Shown here piece after piece: positions 17,042 through 25,942 of a stretch of DNA of 33,625 nt; within the stretch, counting starts at the first letter, position 1; each line of letters begins with the position of its first letter. Source of the stretch: Acidimicrobiia bacterium (GTDB lineage: Bacteria; Actinomycetota; Acidimicrobiia; Spongiisociales; Spongiisociaceae); contig JBFGLM010000047.1 of assembly GCA_041576165.1 (NCBI GenBank), forward strand, positions 1 through 33,625. Reading direction: 5' to 3'. Both the position numbers and the translations under genes were made by a program. Under the pieces are notes generated by a model. The model saw only the letters and a list, made by a program, of their open reading frames with translations. It was not told the DNA's origin and did no database searches.

Positions 17042-17076
17042 GAGATGCCTCCTGGAGGGGGTTGCCGCTGATGGCC

Positions 17077-17158
17077 GTAACGTGTATAAACTGAAATGAC
17101 TATTACAGAGTAACCTAGTGGAAGATATGTAAGGGTTCAAGTGGATTTCTCTACTTAC
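17077..17158. promoter_or_regulatory. Three 30-bp GTAA-N22-TTAC boxes in the divergent promoter
   Basis: 17077-17106 GTAAC..ATTAC; 17110-17139 GTAACC..GGTTCA (imperfect); 17129-17158 GTAAG..CTTAC; AT-rich island. Confidence 0.6.
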
Positions 17159-17707
17159 AATGATCGGGTCGTGGAGATGGCGGTCGACCTCGTGAACACC
17201 CACGAGAAGTACGCCGGAGACGACCAGCTGACAACCATCGAGGAGCTAGCCGAGTTCCTGGAGAAATACGAAGGCGAGTGGCACGACGAGCACTGGTGCG
17301 AGCCGGACGCGCTGCACCCCTCCGACCTGGCGGAGGTGCGGGCGCTGCGGGAGCGCCTGCGTACAGTGTGGGATTGTCAGGACATCGAAACCGCCACCGC
17401 CAGCCTCAACGACCTGCTGGCCCAGACCGCTGCTTCGCCCCGCATCTCTCTGCACGGCAAACCGCACATGCACTTCGAGCCGGGGCGGGGCCGGGTGGCG
17501 GATTGGCTGGGCGCAGCCGCGGCGATGGGTCTGTCGATGGTGTTGGTGCGCTATGGCTACGAGCGGCTCGGGATCTGTAAGTCGAGCACCTGCGACGACG
17601 TTTTTGTTGACACGTCCCGCAACCGCTCGCGCCGCAACTGTTCAACGACCTGCACGACGCGCGAGAACGTCGCCGCCCACCGCGAGCGGGCCCGTAGCGA
17701 GGCATAG
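17141..17707 (+). CDS. CGNR zinc finger / ABATE domain protein
   Basis: AVDLVNT N-terminus; RLGICKSSTCDDVFVDTSRNRSRRNCSTTCTTRENVAAHRER. Confidence 0.93.
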   Translation: MDFSTYNDRVVEMAVDLVNTHEKYAGDDQLTTIEELAEFLEKYEGEWHDEHWCEPDALHPSDLAEVRALRERLRTVWDCQDIETATASLNDLLAQTAASPRISLHGKPHMHFEPGRGRVADWLGAAAAMGLSMVLVRYGYERLGICKSSTCDDVFVDTSRNRSRRNCSTTCTTRENVAAHRERARSEA

Positions 17708-17717
17708 GCCCCCTTAT

Positions 17718-17984
17718 TCAGCCGCCCAACGCCGGCTGGCGTGCTCCCAAGAGATACACGGCCGCCCCTACAACCGGTACGGCCAGGATCACCACTACCC
17801 AGGCGAGCCTGGATATGGGAGAGCGGTTGCTGGTGAGAACGTCGAGGATCGCAAACGCATAGAGGATGAACACCACTAAGGAAACGATGCCCCAGAAAAC
17901 GCCGATCGCCGCTCTCACTACGAGTAATGCCAGCACGCCGATCACGACAATGCTGATGATGCGCCCGGTCCCTGAGTCGTTCAC
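17718..17984 (-). CDS. Small membrane protein with PLDc_N-like domain
   Basis: Start GTG 17984; AILDVLTS....RLAWVVVILAVPVVGAAVYLL. Confidence 0.75.
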   Translation of the reverse strand: MNDSGTGRIISIVVIGVLALLVVRAAIGVFWGIVSLVVFILYAFAILDVLTSNRSPISRLAWVVVILAVPVVGAAVYLLGARQPALGG

Positions 17985-18031
17985 CGCTCCCAGTCTATGG
18001 GCGCCGCTCGCCGCCGTGAACCCGGCCCCGG

Positions 18032-18328
18032 TCAGAATTGGTCCCGCAGTCGGGCCAGCCGCTCGTCCCAGTTCGAGCCGACCTGCATCATCCACTCCAC
18101 CGCCTCTTCGAGTGGATCCCGTGTGAGGACATATCGGACCTCCCGGCCCACGCGAGAAGGCGACACCAGGCCGGCGGCGTCCAATGCGCCCAGGTGTTTG
18201 ACGATTGCCTGGCGGGTCACCGGCAGTTCGCCCGCCAGTTCCGTGGCTGTAGCCGACCCCAACTCCGAGGTCTGTTGGAGCAGGTGGCGCCGGGTCGGCG
18301 GCGAACACTCGCAGGGTCGCTCAGTCAT
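18032..18328 (-). CDS. ArsR/SmtB family HTH regulator with a garbled N-terminus
   Basis: PTRRHLL...ATATELAGELPVTRQAIVKHLGALDAAGLV...GREVRY...WDERLARLR; the expected VFAA/DP start lies in another frame. Confidence 0.75.
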   Translation of the reverse strand: MTERPCECSPPTRRHLLQQTSELGSATATELAGELPVTRQAIVKHLGALDAAGLVSPSRVGREVRYVLTRDPLEEAVEWMMQVGSNWDERLARLRDQF

Positions 18329-18344
18329 GATCAGCCTGCCATAG

Positions 18345-18485
18345 CTAGTGGTTCGGGCCGGCCGGCGGCTGGGGGAGGTTGAAGCCGACACCGACCGCGA
18401 CAAATGGATGACTGCAGCCGACGCCCGCCGGTACGGCCTCGTGGACAGGGTGCTGAATCCGCGCGGATCGGAACTGGCCGGCTGA
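18345..18485 (+). pseudogene. clpP: ClpP protease C-terminal remnant
   Basis: GRRLGEVEADTDRDKWMTAADARRYGLVDRVL matches the ClpP tail (DTDRD..M.A..A..YGLVD.V); in-frame TAG immediately upstream. Confidence 0.8.
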
Positions 18486-18486
18486 G

Positions 18487-19200
18487 TCAGGGGATACGCC
18501 ACCACAGGTCGCGACGTTTGAAGTAGACGTAGAGCATCGCCACCATCCCGATCATCATCTCGATCAGCTCGGAGCTGCGGAGCAGGAAATCCTGAAGGTC
18601 GCCGCTGAAGCGCACCACATCTCCGACCAGATCGATTCCGCTGACGATCGCGATGACGACCAGCCACGGCAACAGTTGCACCGGGACGGCCAAAATCTGC
18701 AGCCGGCGCCACCGGTCGAGGAAGGCTCCCAGGATGCCCAGCACGGCGAACGTGAACCGGAAGATCTCGGTGCGATCGCGCAGCCCGGTGAGGTTCACGG
18801 CCGCCGGCTCGGCGCCGCGAGCGCTGAGGCCGCCTTCGAACATCGTCACGAACACCCTGCCCCAGGCGACCTCGTCCAATGCCACCACCAGCGCACCTAG
18901 GCCCAGGAACACGAAGAGGAGGGCAAGCCAAAGTGGCTGCCCGAGGCGGTAGAGACGGGCGGCGAGACCCCACGCCATGAAGCCCGTGATGAGCATGAAT
19001 ACGAACGTCAGCAGCTCGACCGGGTTGGCTTCATGTCGCCCGGTGGCGAGCTCACGCGTGGCAGGGATCGCCCACAGGATGGTGAAAATCACCACAAGCG
19101 CGATAGGTACGATTGCCAGCAGCCTCCGGGCGGCGGCCGTACGCCGTTCCTGCTCGTGAAGCTGCCGTTCGCGCTCGGTCGTCCCGAGCTCGTCCGCCAT
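18487..19200 (-). CDS. Hypothetical multi-pass membrane protein
   Basis: About six TM segments, E.NPVELLT and ALDEVAWG motifs; leaderless TAGCAT-6-ATG. Confidence 0.8.
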   Translation of the reverse strand: MADELGTTERERQLHEQERRTAAARRLLAIVPIALVVIFTILWAIPATRELATGRHEANPVELLTFVFMLITGFMAWGLAARLYRLGQPLWLALLFVFLGLGALVVALDEVAWGRVFVTMFEGGLSARGAEPAAVNLTGLRDRTEIFRFTFAVLGILGAFLDRWRRLQILAVPVQLLPWLVVIAIVSGIDLVGDVVRFSGDLQDFLLRSSELIEMMIGMVAMLYVYFKRRDLWWRIP

Positions 19201-19254
19201 CACTTCATGCTAATACCACCGAGAGTGGCGTGAGGTCCAGGGGGCGGTCAAGCC

Positions 19255-19305
19255 GAACCTGATGCTTGGGGCGGCCTGCATCGTCCCGGTCCCAGCATCA
19301 GGTTC
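19255..19305. terminator. Hairpin downstream of tRNA-Ser(GCT)
   Basis: GAACCTGATGCT...AGCATCAGGTTC inverted repeat. Confidence 0.55.
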
Positions 19306-19311
19306 GCTTCG

Positions 19312-19401
19312 CGGAGAGGGAGGGATTTGAACCCTCGAGGAGGCTTAACACCCCCTACTCGCTTAGCAGGCGAGCGCCTTCGACCGCTCGGCCACCTCTC
19401 C
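19312..19401 (-). tRNA. tRNA-Ser(GCT)
   Basis: GGAGAGG/CCTCTCC acceptor, CTCGC-CTGCTAA-GCGAG anticodon arm, long variable arm, GGTTCAAATCC; TACACT -10 upstream. Confidence 0.97.
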
Positions 19402-19496
19402 CGGGTACCGAGTGTAGCTTGCCCGCCCCGCCGCCATTTCGGGGTGTTCGTAGGTCCGCCGGGCTCTGGAGCGGCTGCGGGGCCTACGATCCCCGC

Positions 19497-20138
19497 ATGC
19501 GTCCCCTTGTGATCATGAAGGCGGCGATGACCATTGACGGCCAGCTGGCCGCGGCCGATGGCACGTCGCGGTGGATCACCTCCCCCGAGGCGCGCCGCGA
19601 CGCCCACCAGGTCCGAACTACGGTCGATGCGGTGATGGTGGGAGCCGGAACGGTCCTGGCCGACGACCCTCGCCTCGACGTGCGCCTGGACGGCTACCAC
19701 GGTCCCCACCCGGTCCCGGTGGTGGTTGTCGGGCGCCGCCCGCTCCCTCCGACGTCCAAGGTCATGTCTCGAAGCCCGGTCGTGGTGGCTCCCGGACCGG
19801 TCGACCTGCCCGGCCGGGTTCTGGTGGCGCCGTCGGCGGACGGCGAACGGGTCGACCTGGTCGACGGCCTGGCTCTCCTGGCGGACGCGGGCATCGAGCG
19901 GGTGCTGGTCGAGGGCGGCGGGGGGCTGTTTTCGGCCCTGCTCGCCGCCGATCTCATCGACCGCGGGATCGTCTATTACGGGTCCAAGCTGGCCGGCGGC
20001 ACCGGCCGGCCGGCCTTTGCCGGACCGTGGTCGACGCTGGCCCACGCCCGGCAGGTCCAGATCGTCGAGGTGCGGATGGTCGGTGGAGACGTTCGGCTGG
20101 ACTTTCGTATCGACCGGGGCCGAGCCTCAACCGGCTAG
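19497..20138 (+). CDS. RibD C-terminal reductase domain protein (stand-alone)
   Basis: KAAMTIDGQLA..DGTSRWITS, DAVMVGAGTVLADDPRL, VLVEGGG; no deaminase domain; leaderless TACGAT-6-ATG. Confidence 0.9.
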   Translation: MRPLVIMKAAMTIDGQLAAADGTSRWITSPEARRDAHQVRTTVDAVMVGAGTVLADDPRLDVRLDGYHGPHPVPVVVVGRRPLPPTSKVMSRSPVVVAPGPVDLPGRVLVAPSADGERVDLVDGLALLADAGIERVLVEGGGGLFSALLAADLIDRGIVYYGSKLAGGTGRPAFAGPWSTLAHARQVQIVEVRMVGGDVRLDFRIDRGRASTG

Positions 20139-20638
20139 CTCAGCATTCGCCGACGAGCGACATCGATGGCCTGCTGGCTCGACGCGCGGAGGCGAGGATC
20201 GTCGCGCAGCAGTAATGCCCGCTCGAAGCAGTCGATGGCTTCCGCATATCGCTCTTGCTCGGCGATGCACTTCCCGAGGAGCTGCCAGGCGTAATGCAGG
20301 TAAGCGGCGTCGGAGCCCGCTTCGATGTCACTGATGACCTGCCGCAACTCGATCTCGGCGAACACATGCTCGCCCTGATAGAAGTGTGCGGTCGCCAGCC
20401 GGATGCGGTTGGCGATGATGCCCCGCTCGTCACCCAGCTCACGAGCGATCTTGAGCGCCTGTTTGATCATGGGACGCCCGTCGCCCCCGTTCAATCGAGT
20501 GAGCTCGCCAATCGCCCCGTAGATGCGCATGAGCTCAGGCTGATCAGCCGCCACGAACGCCCGGTCGAACTGATCTTCGAGCTCTTCCAGATCAAGCTGA
20601 ACGGCGTCGGCGACGCTGTCGCGAAGGAAAGGTCTCAT
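20135..20638 (-). CDS. Tetratricopeptide repeat protein
   Basis: AWQLLGKCIAEQERYAEAIDCFERALLLR and other TPR-like helices. Confidence 0.85.
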   Translation of the reverse strand: MRPFLRDSVADAVQLDLEELEDQFDRAFVAADQPELMRIYGAIGELTRLNGGDGRPMIKQALKIARELGDERGIIANRIRLATAHFYQGEHVFAEIELRQVISDIEAGSDAAYLHYAWQLLGKCIAEQERYAEAIDCFERALLLRDDPRLRASSQQAIDVARRRMLS

Positions 20639-20790
20639 TGGAATGCAGCCCGGCGCGAGCTGGGGCGCCCGGCTCCTTCAGCCGTGATCCTGGGCCTGCG
20701 AACGCTCGAGTGACGCTTCATCGACCGTGGGATTCTCGCGAACCGACTCGGCCGGTGGGAGGCGTCTTTTCGCAAGCGCGGCCCCAGTCG

Positions 20791-21306
20791 TCACCCGGCG
20801 GCGCGGTAGTCGCCGGCCGCCCTCCGCAGCTGAGCCAGGGTCGTGTCGATCTCGGCGAGATGTTCCGCGCTGAGCGCTCCGACCCCGAAATCGACGTCGA
20901 TGAGCGCGGCGGTCGCCTGCTCCACCAGGACCCGGCCTTGCGGGGTGATCCGGGCGAGAGTGGTGCGCCGGTCCCGAGGATGGGCGACCCTTTCCACCAA
21001 TCCGTCCGCCTCGAGGCGGTCGATGGCGTTGGTGATCGACGTCGGGTGGACCATGAGGCGGGCGCCCATCTTGCCCAGAGGCAGTTCACCGGCCCGGGTG
21101 AACGACAGCAGGCGGAGAGCTTCGAACCGCGCAAAGGTCAGGTCGAACGGTCTGAGCGCCTGGTTGATCTTTCCGACCACGATCTGGTGCGCCCGGGTTA
21201 TCGAGGTGGCAGCCGACATGTGGGCAACTCCGTCGAGGCCGTGCTCGGCCCATTGCCGCCGAGCCTCGGCAATGGGATCAAACGAGAGCGGCGCGCGATC
21301 GGCCAT
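20791..21306 (-). CDS. MarR family transcriptional regulator
   Basis: LTFARFEAL.LL...HPTSITNAIDRLEADGLVER..HPRDRR; start ATG 21306 (TAATAT-7-ATG). Confidence 0.93.
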   Translation of the reverse strand: MADRAPLSFDPIAEARRQWAEHGLDGVAHMSAATSITRAHQIVVGKINQALRPFDLTFARFEALRLLSFTRAGELPLGKMGARLMVHPTSITNAIDRLEADGLVERVAHPRDRRTTLARITPQGRVLVEQATAALIDVDFGVGALSAEHLAEIDTTLAQLRRAAGDYRAAG

Positions 21307-21404
21307 TGCTCGTATATTAGGCCTTCCAACAATCGGACGTCCATGAAATAATGCAAAAGTGTCCGACTCACGGGCGCTCCGCATCAGCACGAAACGAGGC
21401 AGAC

Positions 21405-23033
21405 ATGAGCGACGACCAGCGAGCCGCGTGGGAAGAAGCGTACGAAGCTGCTCCGCTGCGGGACGTCCCCTTCGAGACCATGTCAGGCGTCCCGGTCGAC
21501 CCGATCTATGGCGATCCGCCATACCCCGGCCAGTACCCGTATACGCGCGGCGTGTACCCCTCCATGTACCGGTCGCGCCTCTGGACGATGCGCATGTTTG
21601 CCGGCTTCGGCACGGCCGAGGACACCAACGCGAGGTTCAAGAAGCTGCTCCGGTCCGGCGGAACCGGACTGTCGACCGCGTTCGACATGCCAACGCTGAT
21701 GGGACGCGATTCTGATCACGAGTGGTCCCTGGGGGAGGTTGGTAAGGCCGGAGTGGCCATCGACACGCTGGTCGACGTGCAGGCCCTGTTCGCGGACATC
21801 GATCTGGGCGGTGTCTCCACCTCGATGACGATCAACGGTCCGGCCAACGTCATCATGGCCATGTACATCGCCGTCGGGGAAGCGAACGACGTCGAGCGGC
21901 GGCGGTTGTCGGGGACGATCCAGAACGACATCCTCAAGGAATATCAGGCGCAGAAGGAGTACATCTTCCCGCCGCGACCCTCGATGCGGCTGATCACCGA
22001 CCTGATGCGCTTCACCTCCGCCGAGATGCCCCGCTGGCATCCGATCTCGATCTCGGGGTACCACATACGCGAGGCGGGCTCGACTGCGGCCCAGGAGCTG
22101 GCGTTCACACTGGCCAACGGTTTCGCCTACGTGGAGGCGGCCAGCGCCGCCGGGCTCGATGTGGACGACTTCGCCTCGCGCCTCTCCTTCTTCTTCAATG
22201 CCCACATCGACTTCTTCGAAGAGATCGGCAAGTACCGTGCGGCCCGCCGGATCTGGGCACGGTGGATGAAGGAACGGTACGGAGCCGAGAACGAGAAGAG
22301 CCTGCTGTGCCGGTTCCACACCCAGACCGCCGGTGTGTCGCTCACGGCACAGCAGCAGGAGATCAATATCGCCCGGGTGGCGATCCAGGCCCTGGCGGGA
22401 GTCTTGGGCGGCACCCAGAGCCTTCACACCGACGCCTACGACGAAGCGCTGGCGCTGCCCACGGAGGACGCGGCCAGAATCGCATTGCGCACCCAACAGA
22501 TCATCGCCCACGAGACCGGCGTGGCCCACGTTGCCGACCCACTCGGCGGGTCCGACTACGTCGATTGGATCACCGACGAGATGGAGCGCCAGGCCGAGGA
22601 AATCTTCGCGTACCTGGAGGAGCTGGGCGACGGTTCGATGCTGGAGGGTGTCTACCGGGGGATCGAAGGCGGGTGGTTCCAGGGCGAGATCGCCGATTCG
22701 GCCTACCGGTTCGAGCGGGAGGTGAATGCCGGCCGGCGGATCGTGGTGGGGGTGAACGCCTTCACCGAGGGCGACCGGGGCGAAGGCAACATCCTGCGGA
22801 TCGACGATGCGGTCGAGGAGCTCCAGCTCAAGCGGCTGGCTGAGGTGAAGCAGGCCCGCGACGACGACGCTGTGCGAGCCGTGTTGGACGCGCTGGTGGC
22901 GGCCGCCCGGGAGCCGGACGTGAACACGATGCCCGCCATGATCGAAGCCGTGAAGGCCCACGCCACCGAAGGCGAGATCGTGGCAGCGCTGGAAGGCGTC
23001 TTCGGCACCTACGTGGAAACCGAACGTATCTGA
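21405..23033 (+). CDS. icmA: Acyl-CoA mutase large subunit, isobutyryl-CoA mutase type
   Basis: [42 protein letters not shown]; substrate-binding domain only; GAGG RBS before ATG 21405. Confidence 0.88.
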   Translation: MSDDQRAAWEEAYEAAPLRDVPFETMSGVPVDPIYGDPPYPGQYPYTRGVYPSMYRSRLWTMRMFAGFGTAEDTNARFKKLLRSGGTGLSTAFDMPTLMGRDSDHEWSLGEVGKAGVAIDTLVDVQALFADIDLGGVSTSMTINGPANVIMAMYIAVGEANDVERRRLSGTIQNDILKEYQAQKEYIFPPRPSMRLITDLMRFTSAEMPRWHPISISGYHIREAGSTAAQELAFTLANGFAYVEAASAAGLDVDDFASRLSFFFNAHIDFFEEIGKYRAARRIWARWMKERYGAENEKSLLCRFHTQTAGVSLTAQQQEINIARVAIQALAGVLGGTQSLHTDAYDEALALPTEDAARIALRTQQIIAHETGVAHVADPLGGSDYVDWITDEMERQAEEIFAYLEELGDGSMLEGVYRGIEGGWFQGEIADSAYRFEREVNAGRRIVVGVNAFTEGDRGEGNILRIDDAVEELQLKRLAEVKQARDDDAVRAVLDALVAAAREPDVNTMPAMIEAVKAHATEGEIVAALEGVFGTYVETERI

Positions 23034-23034
23034 C

Positions 23035-23439
23035 ATGGACCGCCCAATCCGGATCGTTCTCGCCAAGCTCGGCTTCGACGGCCACGACCGCGGCCTCAAA
23101 GTGGTCGCCCGTATGCTGCGCGACGCCGGGATGGAGGTGATCTACCTGGGGCTGCGGCAAACGACCGCCAGCGTCATCTCGGCGGTTGAGCAGGAGGACG
23201 CCGATGCTATCGGGATTTCGATGCTCAACGCGGGGCACAAAGTGTTGTCCCGACGGATGCTGGCGGCGTTGCGCGAAGCCGACCTCGACGTTCCCGTGAT
23301 CGTGGGCGGAATCATCCCCGAGGCCGACCGGGAAGAGCTGACGGAGATGGGGGTGGCAGCCATCCTCGGCCCCGGCGCGTCGGATGTCGAAGTCGCCGAA
23401 GCCGTGCGAGAGGCGGTGGGGTCGAAGTCCCGTTCCTGA
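23035..23439 (+). CDS. icmB: Cobalamin-binding small subunit of acyl-CoA mutase
   Basis: AKLGFDGHDRG (DxHxxG), GISML, VGGIIP; 1 nt after the large subunit. Confidence 0.9.
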   Translation: MDRPIRIVLAKLGFDGHDRGLKVVARMLRDAGMEVIYLGLRQTTASVISAVEQEDADAIGISMLNAGHKVLSRRMLAALREADLDVPVIVGGIIPEADREELTEMGVAAILGPGASDVEVAEAVREAVGSKSRS

Positions 23440-23460
23440 AGTCCGCCGCGTTCGCACAGC

Positions 23461-23604
23461 ATGGACACGAAGCTTGCACTCCCGATTGAGCTGTTCTTCG
23501 ATCTCGTCTTCGTGTTCGCCATCACCCAGATCGTCTCCCTGGTCGTCCATGACCTGACCGCCTGCGGCTCGTTCCACGGCGCACTGGTGCTGGCCTTGTT
23601 GTAG
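23461..23604 (+). pseudogene. LtrA (low temperature requirement A) N-terminal remnant
   Basis: ELFFDLVFVFAITQ signature; TAG where LLWW is expected; homology ends just before the inverted repeat at 23621. Confidence 0.8.
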
Positions 23605-23620
23605 TGGGGGTCGTCGGGGT

Positions 23621-23737
23621 TCCTAAGGCTGGAGGGTGCCCTCAGGGGCCGCGATAGCCGAAAGTTGGCCGCGGATGGTCGCCGGGTCAGGAACTTCCGG
23701 CTATGAGGTGCCCTCAGGGGACCCTGGAGCCTAAGGA
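23621..23737. repeat. Inverted pair of the 46-bp CCTNAGG repeat (REP/MITE-like, 117 bp)
   Basis: Arms 23621-23666 and 23692-23737, 35/46 complementary, 25-nt spacer. Confidence 0.7.
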
Positions 23738-23773
23738 TCGCCCGCGAACCCGCCCTGACCCACACCCGGTCCG

Positions 23774-25939
23774 TCACCCTCGGAAGGTGCCGTCCTGCGC
23801 TGCCAGGTCAACCAGGATCTGCGCCGGCGCGAACCGGGGCCCGTGACGCGACTCCAACATCCGCAGCTGCACGACGATCTCATCGACTCCGACCTGATCC
23901 ACGTACCAGAACGGGCCGCCGCGGAAGGGTGGGAATCCAATGCCCATCACCGCTCCAATGTCGCCGTCCCGGGCCGACCGTAGAATCCCTTCCTGCAAGC
24001 ACAGCGCCGCCTCATTGATCAGCGCCAGCGAGATTCGCTGCTGGATCTCGGTCTCGGGCAACTCCCGGCGAGGACCCAGGCCGAGCGCGGCGTACACCGA
24101 CTCGTCGACTCCGCCGCGCTTGCCGTTCTCGTCGTATTGATACCAGCCCCGGCCGTTCTTGCGCCCCTTGCGGCCGTCGGCGACCAATCGGCCCGGCAGG
24201 TCCGGGCCCAACATGCGCTCGCCGAATGCGTCCACCATGATTTGGCCGATGTGAGCCTGGGTGTCGATGCCCACCTCGTCCGACAGCAGCAGCGGACCCA
24301 CCGGGAATCCCCAGTCGATGATGGCCTCATCGATCGCCTCGACCGACGCTCCTTCTTCCAGCAGGAAGAACGCCTCGCGCCCGTAGGGCCCGAGGATCCG
24401 CGACGTATAGAAGCCCGTCCCGTCGTTGACGACGATGACCGTCTTGCCCTGCCGTCTTCCGAACTCGACGGCGGTGGCGGTCGCCCAGTCACCGGTCTGC
24501 TCGGTCACGACAACCTCGAGCAGGGGCATCTTCTCGACCGGCGAGAAGTAGTGCATGCCGATCACCGTCTCGGGCCGGGCCGAGGCAGCCGCAATGTCGC
24601 CGATCGGCAACGAGGACGTGTTGGAGGCGAACACCGTGTCGGGCCGCGTCAGGCCCTCGACCTGCTGGAGTATCGACCTCTTGAGATCGAGATCCTCGAA
24701 CACGGCCTCCACTACCAGGTCGCTGTTGGAGAACCCCGACCAGTCGACCGAGCCGGTCACCCGCAGCATCACCTGCTGGGCCTCGAAGTCCCGCATCCGG
24801 CGCCGTTTCACCCGGCCGCGTACATAGTCATGGACGTGCTTCAACGCCCGTCCCACACCGGCGTTGTCGACCTCTTTCACCCGTACTTCAACGCCGGCCC
24901 GGGCTGCGCTCACGGCGGCGATCCCGCCACCCATCAACCCGCCCCCGATGACCGCGAGATGCTCGACCGGGAGTGGTTGGGCCTCGACCCAGCGCTCGTT
25001 CTTCAGCTCGCGGGAGGCGAAGAAGATGGAGCGCAATGCCCTTGATTCCGGCGTCATGATCAGCTCGCCCAAGAATCGGGCCTCGGCTTCCAGGCCGGCG
25101 GCCATCCCTTCGTCGATCCCGATCTCGACTGCCTCGATGATCCTCGGCGGCGCCGGATAGTTGCCCCTGGTCTCCTTGGCGACCCGCTGCCGGGCCTGCC
25201 GGAAGAGGATCTCGCGGCCCAGCCGATTCCTTTCGAGGGCCAGTTTCTGGATCGCGTCGACCGACAGCTTGAATCCGTTGCCGGAACCGTCGTCGTCGGC
25301 GCCCGCGGCCTCCCGGGCCCGTTGTATGGCGATGTCGAGCAGCATCTGCTCGGGCACGACTTCGTCCACCAGGCCCAGTCGCCTGGCTTTGCGGGCATCG
25401 ATCGGCCGTCCCGTCAGCATCAGGTCCAGTGCGTTGGCAATGCCGATCAGCCCGGGGAGCCGCTGGGTGCCACCGACGGCGGGCAAGATACCGAGCTGCA
25501 CCTCCGGCTGGCCCAGCTGGGTTTTCGGACTGTCTGTCACGATCCGCGCTGAGGCGGTCAAGGCGTATTCGAGCCCGCCGCCCAGGGCGGGGCCGTGGAT
25601 GGCCGCCACGACCGGTTTGCCGTGTTTGGTGTGCAACTCCTCGATCCGGTTGAACACCGCCTGGCCCTCGCGCAGCAACGAGGTGGCCTCATCTGCCGAT
25701 CGCAGCGTTTCGAACCATCGGATGTTGGCCCCGGCCAGAAAGCCTTCGGGCTTGCGGGAGGCCAGCACCACGGCCCGGACGGCGTGGTCGTTCTCCAACT
25801 GGTCGATGATGCCGGTGACGTCCTCGAAGAGCGACGGATCGAGGGTGTTGAGCGCCTCGCCCTGTTTGTCCATCAGCACGAGCGCCACCCCGTCGTCGAC
25901 GGTCACGGTGAAGTGGGTGTAGCTGGTCAGCGTCGCCAT
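23774..25939 (-). CDS. fadJ: Fatty acid oxidation complex alpha subunit (enoyl-CoA hydratase / 3-hydroxyacyl-CoA dehydrogenase)
   Basis: FLAGANI, LGGGLE, GQPEVQLGILP, GGGLMGGGIA, ASNTSSLPI, GMHYFSPVEKMPLLE, GIGFPPFRGGPF. Confidence 0.93.
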   Translation of the reverse strand: MATLTSYTHFTVTVDDGVALVLMDKQGEALNTLDPSLFEDVTGIIDQLENDHAVRAVVLASRKPEGFLAGANIRWFETLRSADEATSLLREGQAVFNRIEELHTKHGKPVVAAIHGPALGGGLEYALTASARIVTDSPKTQLGQPEVQLGILPAVGGTQRLPGLIGIANALDLMLTGRPIDARKARRLGLVDEVVPEQMLLDIAIQRAREAAGADDDGSGNGFKLSVDAIQKLALERNRLGREILFRQARQRVAKETRGNYPAPPRIIEAVEIGIDEGMAAGLEAEARFLGELIMTPESRALRSIFFASRELKNERWVEAQPLPVEHLAVIGGGLMGGGIAAVSAARAGVEVRVKEVDNAGVGRALKHVHDYVRGRVKRRRMRDFEAQQVMLRVTGSVDWSGFSNSDLVVEAVFEDLDLKRSILQQVEGLTRPDTVFASNTSSLPIGDIAAASARPETVIGMHYFSPVEKMPLLEVVVTEQTGDWATATAVEFGRRQGKTVIVVNDGTGFYTSRILGPYGREAFFLLEEGASVEAIDEAIIDWGFPVGPLLLSDEVGIDTQAHIGQIMVDAFGERMLGPDLPGRLVADGRKGRKNGRGWYQYDENGKRGGVDESVYAALGLGPRRELPETEIQQRISLALINEAALCLQEGILRSARDGDIGAVMGIGFPPFRGGPFWYVDQVGVDEIVVQLRMLESRHGPRFAPAQILVDLAAQDGTFRG

Positions 25940-25942
25940 CGC

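Noticed and set aside
21483-23099. Long antisense ORFs here and at 25595-26998, 15051-16364 and 27499-28536
   Set aside because: They overlap well-supported genes on the opposite strand; typical of high-GC DNA.
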